DNA of 32,000 nt from Candidatus Bathyarchaeota archaeon (GCA_021161255.1 JAGHAZ010000044.1:1-32000); one strand, 5' to 3'. Positions 8,756-17,776 are shown, numbered from the stretch's first letter. The notes: a model not told the origin generated them from the letters alone. Numbers and translations: made by a program.

Positions 8756-9793
8756 ATGAACTATGGACGTAGGGTTGAGAAGGTTAAAGAGAAGTTATCG
8801 GAGGAGAACGTGGATGTCTTCATGCTGACAGACCCTAAAAACGTGAGGTATCTCACGGGCTTCGAGGGAGGGGCTCTCTTCGTATTTTCTGATTCTAAGC
8901 CTACACTTCTAGTTCCTATGTTAAGCCTCGAAGAAGCGGAGGATGAGGCCCGGGGAGTTTACATCGAGCCGCTACAGGTGGGCGAACCCTTCAGAAAGGG
9001 TATGGTGAAGGTTTTGAGAGACGTCGGGGCGTCGACCGTATTCTACGATGGGCTTTCCATATCGGATTACAAAAGCCTAGAATCAGAAGGATTTAAGCTT
9101 CGAGACGGCTCCGGCTACTTGTCGGAGCTTAGGAGAGTTAAAGACCCTGAGGAGATAAAGCTCATAAGGGAGGCTTCAAGGCTTACCAGAGAGCTTATGG
9201 AGCTGCTGATCGAGCATGCTAAGCCCGGTGTGACAGAGTGCGACCTGGCTAGGATGGCGGATGCCTTTCTCAGAAATAGGGGGTTAGAGCATGCGTTCCC
9301 GATCATAGTGGTCTCGGGGTCTAGGACCTCTAGACCTCACGGTAAACCGTCGCTTAAGAAGATTCTAGAGGGGGAGCCGGTGACCATAGACGCAGGGGTA
9401 TACTACATGGGCTATTGCGCCGATATGACTAGGAGCTTCGCGGTTGGTGAAAACCCCGAGTATGAAAAGGTTGTGGAAGACGTACAGGAGGCTCAAGAGA
9501 GGGCTTTGGAGCTAGTCAGAGCGGATGTACCATGTAGACATGTCGATGAGGCGGCTAGGGAATTTCTCGACGCTAAAGGATACAGAGGGCTTTTCATCCA
9601 CAGTCTTGGCCATGGCGTAGGCTTAGAGATACATGAGCCTCCGAGGCTGAACCCGTCGAGTGACGAGAAGCTTGTAGAGGGAGACGTAATCACTATAGAG
9701 CCCGGAGTCTACATCAAAAGAAAATACGGATGCAGAATAGAGGATACAGTCCTAGTCCTTAAAGATAGGTTTGAACTGCTCACGCGGGTTTAA
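8756..9793 (+). CDS. pepQ: M24B Xaa-Pro aminopeptidase/dipeptidase
   Basis: The creatinase-like N-domain is followed by a pita-bread domain with the metal-ligand pattern (DAGVYYMGYCADMTR, HSLGHGVGLEIHE, EPGVY, RIED). Confidence 0.85.
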   Translation: MNYGRRVEKVKEKLSEENVDVFMLTDPKNVRYLTGFEGGALFVFSDSKPTLLVPMLSLEEAEDEARGVYIEPLQVGEPFRKGMVKVLRDVGASTVFYDGLSISDYKSLESEGFKLRDGSGYLSELRRVKDPEEIKLIREASRLTRELMELLIEHAKPGVTECDLARMADAFLRNRGLEHAFPIIVVSGSRTSRPHGKPSLKKILEGEPVTIDAGVYYMGYCADMTRSFAVGENPEYEKVVEDVQEAQERALELVRADVPCRHVDEAAREFLDAKGYRGLFIHSLGHGVGLEIHEPPRLNPSSDEKLVEGDVITIEPGVYIKRKYGCRIEDTVLVLKDRFELLTRV

Positions 9794-9815
9794 TCGAAAA
9801 AGTCGACGACTTCGG

Positions 9816-10598
9816 TTAAACTTTGAATTCAGCGCCTTTATGTATACCGCATCCGCAGTTTCGATCTCTGGACATGCGTTTCAACGCGTCTTTCAACACC
9901 TCAAGGATTACTTTCCTCTTTTTTGACGCGATCTTCGCGACTTCTTCCGAGGTTACGCGGCTCTGTAGTCCGGCGGCCATGTTAGATATGAGACATAGAG
10001 ATGCATAGCACAGACCTAGCTCTCTAGCTAGAGAAGCCTCAGGGCAACCTGTCATACCGACTAGGTCGCCTCCTAGGATCCTGAACATCCTGACCTCCGC
10101 AGGGGTTTCAAACCGAGGTCCCTCAGTGCACACATATACGGCTCTGTCCCAGACCTTTCCGGCGAGTTTACGCGCAGACTCCACAAGAAGCATCCTAAGC
10201 TCCCTACAGTATGGTTCCGTGAAGTCTATATGAACGACCGGCGCGGAATCGTAGAACGTGTAGGCTCGGCTCTTCGTGAAGTCTATGAGGTCGTGGGGAA
10301 CCGCTAGGTCTCCTGGTTTCATGATAGGGTTTATGGCTCCGACTGTGTTGACTGCCAGTATCCTCTCGGCTCCAAGCTTCTTCAAAGACCATAGGTTGGC
10401 TCTGTAATCGACCTTGTGGGGAGGGCTCTCGTGTCTAGGACCATGCCTAGGAAGCACCAAAACATCGAGCTTCTCCAGAGAAACTCGGTAGACCGTCGTC
10501 GCAGAGCCGAAAGGCGTATCGACACGATAGACCTCTAAGGGCTCTAAAGCCTCTTCAAATCCTGAGCCTAATATGAGAGCCCTCCATAGGCCCACCAT
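9816..10598 (-). CDS. mtnP: S-methyl-5'-thioadenosine phosphorylase (PNP/MTAP family)
   Basis: Contains LPRHG, VNTVGA, EGPRFETPAE and GMTGCPEASLARELGLCYA, which are typical of MTAP. Confidence 0.85.
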   Translation of the reverse strand: MVGLWRALILGSGFEEALEPLEVYRVDTPFGSATTVYRVSLEKLDVLVLPRHGPRHESPPHKVDYRANLWSLKKLGAERILAVNTVGAINPIMKPGDLAVPHDLIDFTKSRAYTFYDSAPVVHIDFTEPYCRELRMLLVESARKLAGKVWDRAVYVCTEGPRFETPAEVRMFRILGGDLVGMTGCPEASLARELGLCYASLCLISNMAAGLQSRVTSEEVAKIASKKRKVILEVLKDALKRMSRDRNCGCGIHKGAEFKV

Positions 10599-10599
10599 A

Positions 10600-11772
10600 T
10601 CAATCCTCCCATGTCTTAGCTAGCTTCTCCCTTAGTCTATGAGCTATGAGGGTGGAAACCGCTATCATGGTTATCGCAAGCATTATCCATAGTAAGAAAG
10701 CCATGACCTCCGGACTTGTTATGGATTGGGGAGGCTCTCTGAGTAGAGGCGTAGATTGTATGATCGTCTCTATGATCATGAAAACAGATATCAGTCCTAC
10801 TATATCTATCAGAAGCCTCAGGTTTCTATGTATATAATCGAACAGTGCTCTCCCGGCTAACATGACCGAGAACCCCATGAGGAGGAAGCTTGAAACTCCC
10901 TCTATGAAACTCGCGATTATTACGTTGAAGTATTTCATGAACATCTGAATATCCGTCAGGCTTTCTAGAGGTACGTTCTCCGCCACCGAGGAGAAGCCTT
11001 GCGAGACACCTAGACCGCATATTATTATGCCGGCTACATAGCCGAAGACCCTTATCAAAATCGACGGTCTAGAGGCTACTTCTGAGAAAACGTAGCTTAT
11101 GGATTTGTCGATCTCGAAACCCTTGATAAATAGTGTTAACCCGACGATTATCAAAACCGCCGCGGTGGTGTATGGGAGTAACGGGATCTCAGGATAGAAA
11201 AGCGTCAACACGTAGAGTATCGAGAGAAACAGGACTATTATACCGGGCAATCCAAGCGTCCATTTGGTATATCTCGGATCCTGAAGAAGCATGCTCAGGT
11301 ATCTTGTGATTATATACCAGCTGGTTTCAAGGGATTGACTGTGTTTAACTGCGAAACGTCTTACAGAGATTATCGGGACTTGCGACTGTATTATCGGAAA
11401 GACCTGCTGGTCTGTGTAGCCGTCTGAAACGAGTATAACAGCATCTGCCGGGTAAACCTCTAAAATCTGCCTCAGTCCCTCGGAGATCCTTCTGTCGGCT
11501 TCGATGTCGTCTTCCCTAGAGCCTGTCAAAACCGCGACTTCGTAGACGTTTTCCTTATCTTTAGCTTGTAGGTTCTCCATTATACGCACAGCTTCGAACA
11601 TCGTATTAGCGTCGGCTTCCTCAGGATCGGTCATTATCAGCTTCAAGCCTGCTTCGAGAACATTCTCCTTACCGATGACAGGGGACTTTATCCCGGTTTT
11701 AACCCCTAGGTCGTCGTCTCTATCGACGCATATCACGAGAAACCTCATAGGCCGTTCGTCAGACTTAGACAT
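10600..11772 (-). CDS. DUF373-family archaeal integral membrane protein
   Basis: The N-terminal soluble domain (MRFLVICVDRDDDLGVKTGIKSPVIGKENVLEAGLKLIMTDPEEADANTMFEA) is followed by about 6 TM helices. Family assignment is from memory of DUF373/COG2237. Confidence 0.55.
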   Translation of the reverse strand: MSKSDERPMRFLVICVDRDDDLGVKTGIKSPVIGKENVLEAGLKLIMTDPEEADANTMFEAVRIMENLQAKDKENVYEVAVLTGSREDDIEADRRISEGLRQILEVYPADAVILVSDGYTDQQVFPIIQSQVPIISVRRFAVKHSQSLETSWYIITRYLSMLLQDPRYTKWTLGLPGIIVLFLSILYVLTLFYPEIPLLPYTTAAVLIIVGLTLFIKGFEIDKSISYVFSEVASRPSILIRVFGYVAGIIICGLGVSQGFSSVAENVPLESLTDIQMFMKYFNVIIASFIEGVSSFLLMGFSVMLAGRALFDYIHRNLRLLIDIVGLISVFMIIETIIQSTPLLREPPQSITSPEVMAFLLWIMLAITMIAVSTLIAHRLREKLAKTWED

Positions 11773-12624
11773 CTAGATCACCCCCATATCCTCAGCCTCA
11801 GCTATGGCCCTGAGTTCCTCGACCGTAACCTTACCACCATTCTTCAGCTTGTCTAAGGCTCTCCTAGCCACCTCAGCTAAAGCCGCTTTAGCTTTTTCCT
11901 CAGCCATCTTCCGCTCCTCAAACTCCATCTGCTTAAGCTCGTCGATTATAGCCCTCTCCTCGGCTCTAAGAACTTTGGCTTCGTTGATCTTCTCGACGAA
12001 CGCGTGATGAAAATCATCGGCTCTTTCCCTAACCGCCTTATACCGTTCCTCGAGCTCAGTTATGGCCTGTCTAACCCGATCCCTTTCACCCTTTAACTCG
12101 TCGATCTTACTTTTAACCGAGTTTATCCTGAGCTTAACAGCTTCTCGAACCGCCCGGAGACGCATCAGGTCCTGTTTGAGTTCCCTGATCTTCTCATGGG
12201 CTTTAACCTCGACCTGGAGTTTAGCTATCTCACTCGCTATTCTACGTTCCATCTCTAGATCCGTAGGCGATGTCTGGAGCATCCATTCAAGCTCCTCCAT
12301 ACGGTCCTTAAGCTTCTTAAGCGGTATTTTCGGCTTAGTGCTCTCCTCCATCTTGAGATGAACTTGTTGAATGAGTTCTCTAACCTCCATAAGCCTGGTA
12401 AATTCTTCTTTAAGCTTATCTCTTAGACCAGATATTTCCGAGCGTAGACGCCTATAACCTGCTCTTAAAGCCTTGAGCTCCTTGACTATCCGTTTAGCCT
12501 CCTCGTTAAGCTCATCACGTTTCTCCCTGAGTTTCCTAGCCTCTTCCAGTAGATTCTTACGCCTAGTAGATGCCTCTCTAAGCTTCGATACTAAGACGCT
12601 ACGTCGGTCTTCCAATTTAGACAT
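11773..12624 (-). CDS. Archaeal coiled-coil protein (COG1340-like)
   Basis: 283 aa of almost continuous heptad-like K/E/R/L-rich sequence. Its stop abuts the start of the DUF373 gene (11772/11773). Confidence 0.6.
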   Translation of the reverse strand: MSKLEDRRSVLVSKLREASTRRKNLLEEARKLREKRDELNEEAKRIVKELKALRAGYRRLRSEISGLRDKLKEEFTRLMEVRELIQQVHLKMEESTKPKIPLKKLKDRMEELEWMLQTSPTDLEMERRIASEIAKLQVEVKAHEKIRELKQDLMRLRAVREAVKLRINSVKSKIDELKGERDRVRQAITELEERYKAVRERADDFHHAFVEKINEAKVLRAEERAIIDELKQMEFEERKMAEEKAKAALAEVARRALDKLKNGGKVTVEELRAIAEAEDMGVI

Positions 12625-12672
12625 CTATCTAATGAAAAATTGTGGTGGAGGATAGGACTTAAACCTTCGGGT

Positions 12673-13293
12673 CTAATGCCCAGGTGTCGGCGTAGATGTG
12701 TCTGGAGCAGGGATCGTAGGAAGCTCTGGAAGCTTCTCCTTGAGCCTCTGCTCGGCTACCGCAGAGGCCTCTTCGAGTATCTTTTTGGCCTCCTCGCTGG
12801 CGGCTTCCATGTCGACGACCATACCGGTCGCCTCACCGACCTCGACGACCATTTTACCGATCTCGTCGCTTATGACACCGATTTCATAGCTGACTTCAGG
12901 TATAACCCCAGCCAGGTCTTTCTGAACTGCTTTAAGGATACGTGCCACGGGGATGATCGCAGCGGCCGTTTCACCCAACTGATGAACCGTTTCAAGCCTG
13001 AGTATAGCTTTCTCCAGGGCAAGCTGAGCTCCTAAAACTATCTTAGACATCTTACGCGCCTCGGCGCACTCGTTCGCGTAGAGAGCCGCTCTAGCAGAGT
13101 CCCCCTTCATCTGAGCGTTCACACATTTCTCGAAAAGTTCCTTCTCATGCCTACTCATCCGCATAGCTGCTCCTTCGACCCTGGAATACTGCACCTTAAG
13201 CCTATGTATAGCCATGGTAAGCCTCTTCTTCAGAGGGGTTCTTTGAAATATCCTCCCACCTTTCTCCCATTTTTTCATGGACGTAGGAAACAC
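12673..13293 (-). CDS. cdvB: ESCRT-III (Snf7/CdvB family) cell-division protein
   Basis: Snf7-like helical hairpin (LTMAIHRLKVQYSRVEGAAMRMSRHEKELFEKCVNAQMKGDSARAALYANECAEARKMSKIVLGAQLALEKAILRLETV). The acidic C-terminus ends in a proline-rich MIM2-like tail (KLPELPTIPAPD). The more likely start is ATG at 13278 (MKKWEKGG). Confidence 0.8.
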   Translation of the reverse strand: MFPTSMKKWEKGGRIFQRTPLKKRLTMAIHRLKVQYSRVEGAAMRMSRHEKELFEKCVNAQMKGDSARAALYANECAEARKMSKIVLGAQLALEKAILRLETVHQLGETAAAIIPVARILKAVQKDLAGVIPEVSYEIGVISDEIGKMVVEVGEATGMVVDMEAASEEAKKILEEASAVAEQRLKEKLPELPTIPAPDTSTPTPGH

Positions 13294-13418
13294 CTCATGA
13301 ACTAGGAGGGTTGAAACATCTTTAATGGATTGTTTAAAGGAAGCTGTGGAATAACCGCCTTAGAGGATAGGGAGTTTAACGGTCTAAGGGTATTTTTAGA
13401 CAAAAACTCTGGTAAAAG

Positions 13419-13447
13419 ATGATACCTATGTATCATTTTATGTATCA
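13419..13447. promoter_or_regulatory. Candidate operator: palindrome ATGATAC-CTAT-GTATCAT plus a direct repeat of TATGTATCA
   Basis: A 7-bp inverted repeat spans 13419-13436. TATGTATCA occurs at 13427-13435 and again at 13439-13447, 12 nt apart. The site lies immediately upstream of a T/A-rich TATA-like element (13454-13465) in the divergent cdvB/DUF62 intergenic region. Confidence 0.4.
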
Positions 13448-13498
13448 CTAGGATTTATTTTTTAAGAAGCCTTACCGTCTAAAAATCCTGGTGGATAC

Positions 13499-14296
13499 AT
13501 GAGAAACCTGATAACCCTGCTTACAGACTTCGGCTTATCAGACCCATACCCGGCCGCTATGAAGGCTGTGATCCTGAGGATAAACCCTAGAGCCGTGATA
13601 GTAGACATAACCCATTCCATAGATAAATTCAACGTCAGAATGGGAGCTTTCATACTAGCCCACCTCGTGGAGTATTTCCCAGAGGGAAGTATACACGTAG
13701 GAGTGGTGGACCCGGGTGTCGGAACTGCTAGAAGACCGCTGATAGTGGAGTGCGATAGAGGCATTCTCGTGGGACCAGACAACGGTCTCCTGATACCCGC
13801 AGCGAAGAGGCTGGGGCTGAAACGTGTCTATGAAATCTTAGAGGATAAGGTGCGTATAGGACGGATTTCGCATACTTTTCACGGAAGAGACCTGTTCGCT
13901 CCTGCCGCGGCTAGGCTCTCCATAGGTGAGAGACCTGAGCACCTCGGAGAACTATCTCGAGATTACGTCGACCTTAAAATCCCCAGGCCCACGCTTAACG
14001 GAGAATGTATCCACGGAGAAGTCCTCTACGTCGACGGGTTTGGAAACGTAGTCACAAATATAGATGAGGAAATGCTTAAAAAGCTGAGTATCGGTAGGGG
14101 TAGCCAGCTTCTTACAGAGACGGATTCGCGGAAGTTCAAAATCAAATTAGTGAAGGCATATGGAGAAGTTGGTCCAGGCACTCCATTGGCTATAATCGAT
14201 AGCTTCAGAATGCTTGAGCTAGCCGTCAACATGGGTAACGGTGGCAGATTTTTCGGACTTAAACCCGGCGACAAGCTTGTCGTCAGGGCGGTTTAG
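13499..14296 (+). CDS. SAM hydroxide adenosyltransferase (DUF62, SAM hydrolase family)
   Basis: The N-terminus ITLLTDFGLSDPYPAAMKAVILRINPRAVIVDITHSI, together with GVVDPGVGT and DGFGN, is characteristic of the DUF62/chlorinase-fluorinase-like family. Confidence 0.8.
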   Translation: MRNLITLLTDFGLSDPYPAAMKAVILRINPRAVIVDITHSIDKFNVRMGAFILAHLVEYFPEGSIHVGVVDPGVGTARRPLIVECDRGILVGPDNGLLIPAAKRLGLKRVYEILEDKVRIGRISHTFHGRDLFAPAAARLSIGERPEHLGELSRDYVDLKIPRPTLNGECIHGEVLYVDGFGNVVTNIDEEMLKKLSIGRGSQLLTETDSRKFKIKLVKAYGEVGPGTPLAIIDSFRMLELAVNMGNGGRFFGLKPGDKLVVRAV

Positions 14297-15425
14297 CTGA
14301 TAAAACCCAGCAAGGTAAGTCTCCGTGTTTAACAGGCTTCTCGAATTCTATCTCGAAACCGTTTGATAAGAGGGCTTCACGTATAATCCCGACCCTATGA
14401 GTTATCGTTACAAGCCGTTTCTCCAAGAGCTTAGCCATGGACGATGCTAAACCGTTATAAAGTCTCGTCAAAGCCCTGGGTGACGAAGACCTCAACCCAT
14501 AAGGAGGGTTTACTACAGAGAAGTCGAAGCCTCTATCGAATATCTTCTTAAGTCTCGCGACGTCACCGACTAGAAACTTGATCGCCTTATCGACACCGGC
14601 GGCTTTAGAATTTTGAACGGCACCGGCTACGTGTTTAGGGCTTATGTCTAGACCCCATATATCGAGCATGGGACCATCCGGACAGAACTCCTCGGCCGAA
14701 AAAGCTTCGAGATACGTCTGAAAGACTTTAAGTTTCGATAGGGCTAAGGGTTTTCGCCTGAATCTAGCCGGTGGGATATTCAAGCCCTTTAGAGCCGCCT
14801 CTATCGGGATCGTGCCTCCTCCGCACATGGGGTCTATCAAACTATAGCTGGGTTTCCAGTTCGAGGCTATTATCATGGCTGAGGCTATGCAAGGGTTTAA
14901 CGCAGCGGGGTGGTCGTAGACCCGGTAGCCGCGCTTATGTAGAGCCCAGTCTCCCGTCGTATCTATGCCCACTATCAGCTCGTTTTTGACCTGGTAAACC
15001 CTCACGATCACGTCAGGCTCATCCAAGTCGACCCTTAACCTGACACCTTTAGAAGATAGGTAGCTGTCTATGACAGCTCTCCCGGCTTCGCGGGCTATGT
15101 CCATAGACGTATATGGATGGGAGCCTATTCTAGAAGCCCTTATCGCAAAGCTCTGTTTGCTATCTATCCAACGGCTAAACTCCACGCCTCTGACGCGCCT
15201 ATATATCTCTTCTAGACTTTCAACTTCGCATCTGAGAAGTAAAACAACGATCCTCTCGAGGCATCTAGACCAGTAGTTTAACCTAACGACCTCCGACTCA
15301 TGGCATTCGAAGAATATCCTACCTCGAAGCCTCCGAACCTCCTGGATTTTGACGTTAAACCTTCTAAGCTCTTTACATGCTTCCTCTTCAAGCCCAGGCG
15401 GTAGGGTAGCCATGACGTTAAGCAT
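14283..15425 (-). CDS. THUMP-domain N2-guanine RNA methyltransferase (Trm14/RlmL-like)
   Basis: An N-terminal THUMP-like region is followed by a class I methyltransferase with DPMCGGGTIPIEAA (SAM motif I) and VVNPPYG (motif IV). Confidence 0.8.
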   Translation of the reverse strand: MLNVMATLPPGLEEEACKELRRFNVKIQEVRRLRGRIFFECHESEVVRLNYWSRCLERIVVLLLRCEVESLEEIYRRVRGVEFSRWIDSKQSFAIRASRIGSHPYTSMDIAREAGRAVIDSYLSSKGVRLRVDLDEPDVIVRVYQVKNELIVGIDTTGDWALHKRGYRVYDHPAALNPCIASAMIIASNWKPSYSLIDPMCGGGTIPIEAALKGLNIPPARFRRKPLALSKLKVFQTYLEAFSAEEFCPDGPMLDIWGLDISPKHVAGAVQNSKAAGVDKAIKFLVGDVARLKKIFDRGFDFSVVNPPYGLRSSSPRALTRLYNGLASSMAKLLEKRLVTITHRVGIIREALLSNGFEIEFEKPVKHGDLPCWVLSAKPP

Positions 15426-15531
15426 CGTTTACATCGAAGGAAATAGAAGTAGGCTACGGGCTAATATCCTTTTCACGACTGGCTGTCACAAACTATAAAT
15501 CTGCCGATACAAAGGTATTCTCCTAGCCCCT

Positions 15532-16320
15532 ATGGATTGGGTTAGAGGCTTCCTTAAGGTCATAGGAGTTTACAGGGTCTATAAATGGTGGCTTAGACGG
15601 GAGGTCAAGAAAGGTGCTATACCGGGCCACGTCGGGATAATACTTGACGGGAACAGAAGATGGGCTTCTAAACGCGGGTATCCCCCATGGCTTGGGCATA
15701 GGTTTGGAGCTGAAAAAGTCGAGGACGTTTTAAAATGGTGTCTGAAACTCGGCGTTAAGACGATAACCTTATACGCGTTTTCGACTGAAAACTTTAGAAG
15801 ACCTAGACGAGAGGTCGAGGAGCTTTTCAGGCTTTTCGAGGAAAAGCTTAAACAACTTCTCAACAACCCAGATATTCATGAGTATCGTGTCAAGATTAAG
15901 ATTCTCGGGGCTTTAGAGCTTCTGCCTGAAAGCGTCAGGAAAACCGCTGAGGAAGTTGAGGCCAAGACTTCGCATTATGAGGGGAGGTGGCTTAATATAG
16001 CCTTAGCCTACGGCGGTAGGAGGGAAATAATCGACGCCGTTAGGAGCATAGCCAAGCTCATAGCCGATAGACATCTTAAACCTGAGGATATAAACGAGGA
16101 GCTCTTTCAGAAACACCTCTACACGGCTCATCTCCCGAATCCTGAGCCGGACCTGATAATAAGGACGAGCGGTGAGGAGAGGCTTAGCGGATTCCTACTA
16201 TGGCAAAGCGCCTACAGTGAACTGTGCTTTTTAGACGTTTATTGGCCTGAATTCCGTGAGATAGACCTCCTCAGGGCTATAAGAACGTACCAAAGAAGGC
16301 AGAGAAGGTTCGGAGGCTGA
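15532..16320 (+). CDS. uppS: cis-Prenyltransferase (undecaprenyl diphosphate synthase family)
   Basis: Contains HVGIILDGNRRWA, TLYAFSTENFRRP and IRTSGEERLSGFLLWQSAYSEL. Confidence 0.9.
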   Translation: MDWVRGFLKVIGVYRVYKWWLRREVKKGAIPGHVGIILDGNRRWASKRGYPPWLGHRFGAEKVEDVLKWCLKLGVKTITLYAFSTENFRRPRREVEELFRLFEEKLKQLLNNPDIHEYRVKIKILGALELLPESVRKTAEEVEAKTSHYEGRWLNIALAYGGRREIIDAVRSIAKLIADRHLKPEDINEELFQKHLYTAHLPNPEPDLIIRTSGEERLSGFLLWQSAYSELCFLDVYWPEFREIDLLRAIRTYQRRQRRFGG

Positions 16321-16376
16321 CGAAGAAGCGAACATTTAAACTCTATGCTTGAGACTATCTTTAGCGGTGTATCTGA

Positions 16377-17072
16377 TTGGTTAGACTCCATAGTGAACTT
16401 CTAAAACTGATAAACATGATCGAGGATAAGAAACTTAGACAGCTCGTTAAAGATTTTATGGAAAACCCCGAGTTTGAGCTTTCAGGAATCAAGGTTAAGC
16501 CTCCTCCATTTGAAGAGGGATGGGGCTCTAGAGGTTACCACCACTCCTACAAGGGAGGTCTTTTAGACCATACTGTTGCATGCGCTAGGCTAGGTCTGGC
16601 GTTATGCCGTATAGTCGAGGAGGTTTACGGCTGCAAAGTCGACAAGGACGTTGTTTTAGCATCTACGCTGGTCCATGATATTTATAAAACCGTCGTCTAT
16701 GATGAAGATTCCCCGTCAGGGTTTAGCGAAATAGGTGAGAGAATAGACCATCACACGTTGGTCATCTCAGAGCTTATCAGAAGAGAGTTTCCGACAGATG
16801 TCATCCACGGTGTTTTAGCCATCCATGGACGCTACGGACCCTTTAGCCCCAAGACCTTAGAGGCTCTCATAGCTCACCTCGCAGATAAAATGGACTCAAC
16901 CCTTTGCGACGAGGTTTTGAGGGCTGCTAAAAGCCTCGTTAAAGCAGCCACCGGGGCAGAGCCTGAGACCTTAACCGCTAAGCAAGCGTTCGACATCGTG
17001 CTTATCAAGCAGAAGGGAGGATGGGAGGCTCTTAAAAACAGCATGTTGTGGAAAACAAAGAATAGTAAGTAA
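16377..17072 (+). CDS. HD-domain metal-dependent phosphohydrolase
   Basis: Shows the HHSYKGGLLDHT ... LVHDIYK ... HLADKMD pattern of the HD superfamily (YhaM-like HD module). Confidence 0.7.
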   Translation: MVRLHSELLKLINMIEDKKLRQLVKDFMENPEFELSGIKVKPPPFEEGWGSRGYHHSYKGGLLDHTVACARLGLALCRIVEEVYGCKVDKDVVLASTLVHDIYKTVVYDEDSPSGFSEIGERIDHHTLVISELIRREFPTDVIHGVLAIHGRYGPFSPKTLEALIAHLADKMDSTLCDEVLRAAKSLVKAATGAEPETLTAKQAFDIVLIKQKGGWEALKNSMLWKTKNSK

Positions 17073-17078
17073 TTTTTT
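17073..17078 (+). terminator. T6 tract immediately after the HD-gene stop codon
   Basis: TTTTTT at 17073-17078. Confidence 0.4.
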
Positions 17079-17129
17079 GGAAAATATAAGATCAGCCAAC
17101 CCGATATTTTGGTAAAAACAAGAAAACCC

Positions 17130-17159
17130 TTATAAAATAGATGATAAATGTTATCATCT
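17130..17159 (+). promoter_or_regulatory. TATA box (TTATAAAATA) abutting a perfect 9-3-9 palindrome AGATGATAA-ATG-TTATCATCT
   Basis: The TATA box is at 17130-17139 and the palindrome at 17139-17159. A transcription start about 25 nt downstream of the TATA box would fall just past the palindrome. That favours 17172 or 17181 as the pilin start codon and places the palindrome where archaeal repressors typically bind. Confidence 0.5.
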
Positions 17160-17588
17160 TGGATTATAACTATGGTGATTATGAAGTTTAAAAATCATAG
17201 GAAAGCGTTAAGCCCGGTAGTTGCAACATTGCTACTCATCGTTCTAGCCGTAGCAGCCACAGCGGTCCTATGGACTTGGGTGTCGAATATGATAAGCGGA
17301 GCTACTGGGTCTGAAGAGCTGATGGTGGAAAAGGCTGTACTAGCTACGAGCACGAAGATAAAGATTCAGATAAGGAACATCGGCACCGTGACGGCGGAGA
17401 TAACTGAGATAACGGTGGAGAAGACCGGTGGCTCATGCTCCTGGACAGGTTCAAAGTCTATAAAAGCCGGTGAAGTCGTAGTCATAGATGTGACATCAGG
17501 GGGCGAGTTTTCAAGAGGAGACATCGTCACGATAACCGTAATAACAGAGGCCGGTAACGAGTTTGTAGCGAAGCTGTCGCTACAGTAG
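17148..17588 (+). CDS. Archaeal type IV pilin-like protein (class III signal peptide, DUF1628-like)
   Basis: MKFKNHRKALSPVVATLLLIVLAVAATAVLWTWV matches the PibD/FlaK-processed signal (basic residues, then a small residue, then a hydrophobic helix). The real start is probably 17172 or 17181, both in frame. Confidence 0.65.
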   Translation: MLSSWIITMVIMKFKNHRKALSPVVATLLLIVLAVAATAVLWTWVSNMISGATGSEELMVEKAVLATSTKIKIQIRNIGTVTAEITEITVEKTGGSCSWTGSKSIKAGEVVVIDVTSGGEFSRGDIVTITVITEAGNEFVAKLSLQ

Positions 17589-17623
17589 AGTCGAATACTC
17601 ATTCCACAGAAGGATGTTTAACG

Positions 17624-17632
17624 TTTATATAA
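17624..17632 (+). promoter_or_regulatory. TATA box for the 5S rRNA gene
   Basis: TTTATATAA is centred about 27 nt upstream of the 5S 5' end. Confidence 0.5.
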
Positions 17633-17654
17633 CTCTACACTTCCCATATTTCCT

Positions 17655-17776
17655 GGTTGCCGGTCATAGGGCGTGGGTTCGACCCGTACCCATTTCGAAC
17701 ACGGAAGTCAAACCACGCCACGTTCCCCTCTCCCCCTAGTGGGAGACCCTAGGAGGGGTGGGGGATGCCGGCAACC
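17655..17776 (+). rRNA. rrf: 5S ribosomal RNA (stand-alone gene)
   Basis: 122 nt. The terminal helix GGUUGCCGG/CCGGCAACC closes the molecule. It has the conserved loop region CCCAUUUCGAACACGGAAGUCAAAC and GC-rich helices IV/V. Confidence 0.9.

Noticed and set aside
12062-13035. Plus-strand ORFs 12062..12361, 12473..12655, 12640..13035 and 12698..12889, and similar antisense ORFs elsewhere (for example 39..368, 157..462, 3540..3884, 18400..18783, 29281..29568, 31251..31598).
   Set aside because: They lie entirely antisense to well-supported genes. They have Ser/Leu/Arg-rich low-complexity composition, which is typical of shadow ORFs, and no recognisable motifs.
17700-17776. The GC-rich, highly self-complementary 3' half of the 5S rRNA (CCCCUCUCCCCCUAGUGGGAGACCCUAGGAGGGGUGGGGG) as a possible insertion or separate element.
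   Set aside because: The total length (122 nt) and the position correspond to normal helices IV/V of a thermophile 5S rRNA, so nothing is inserted.
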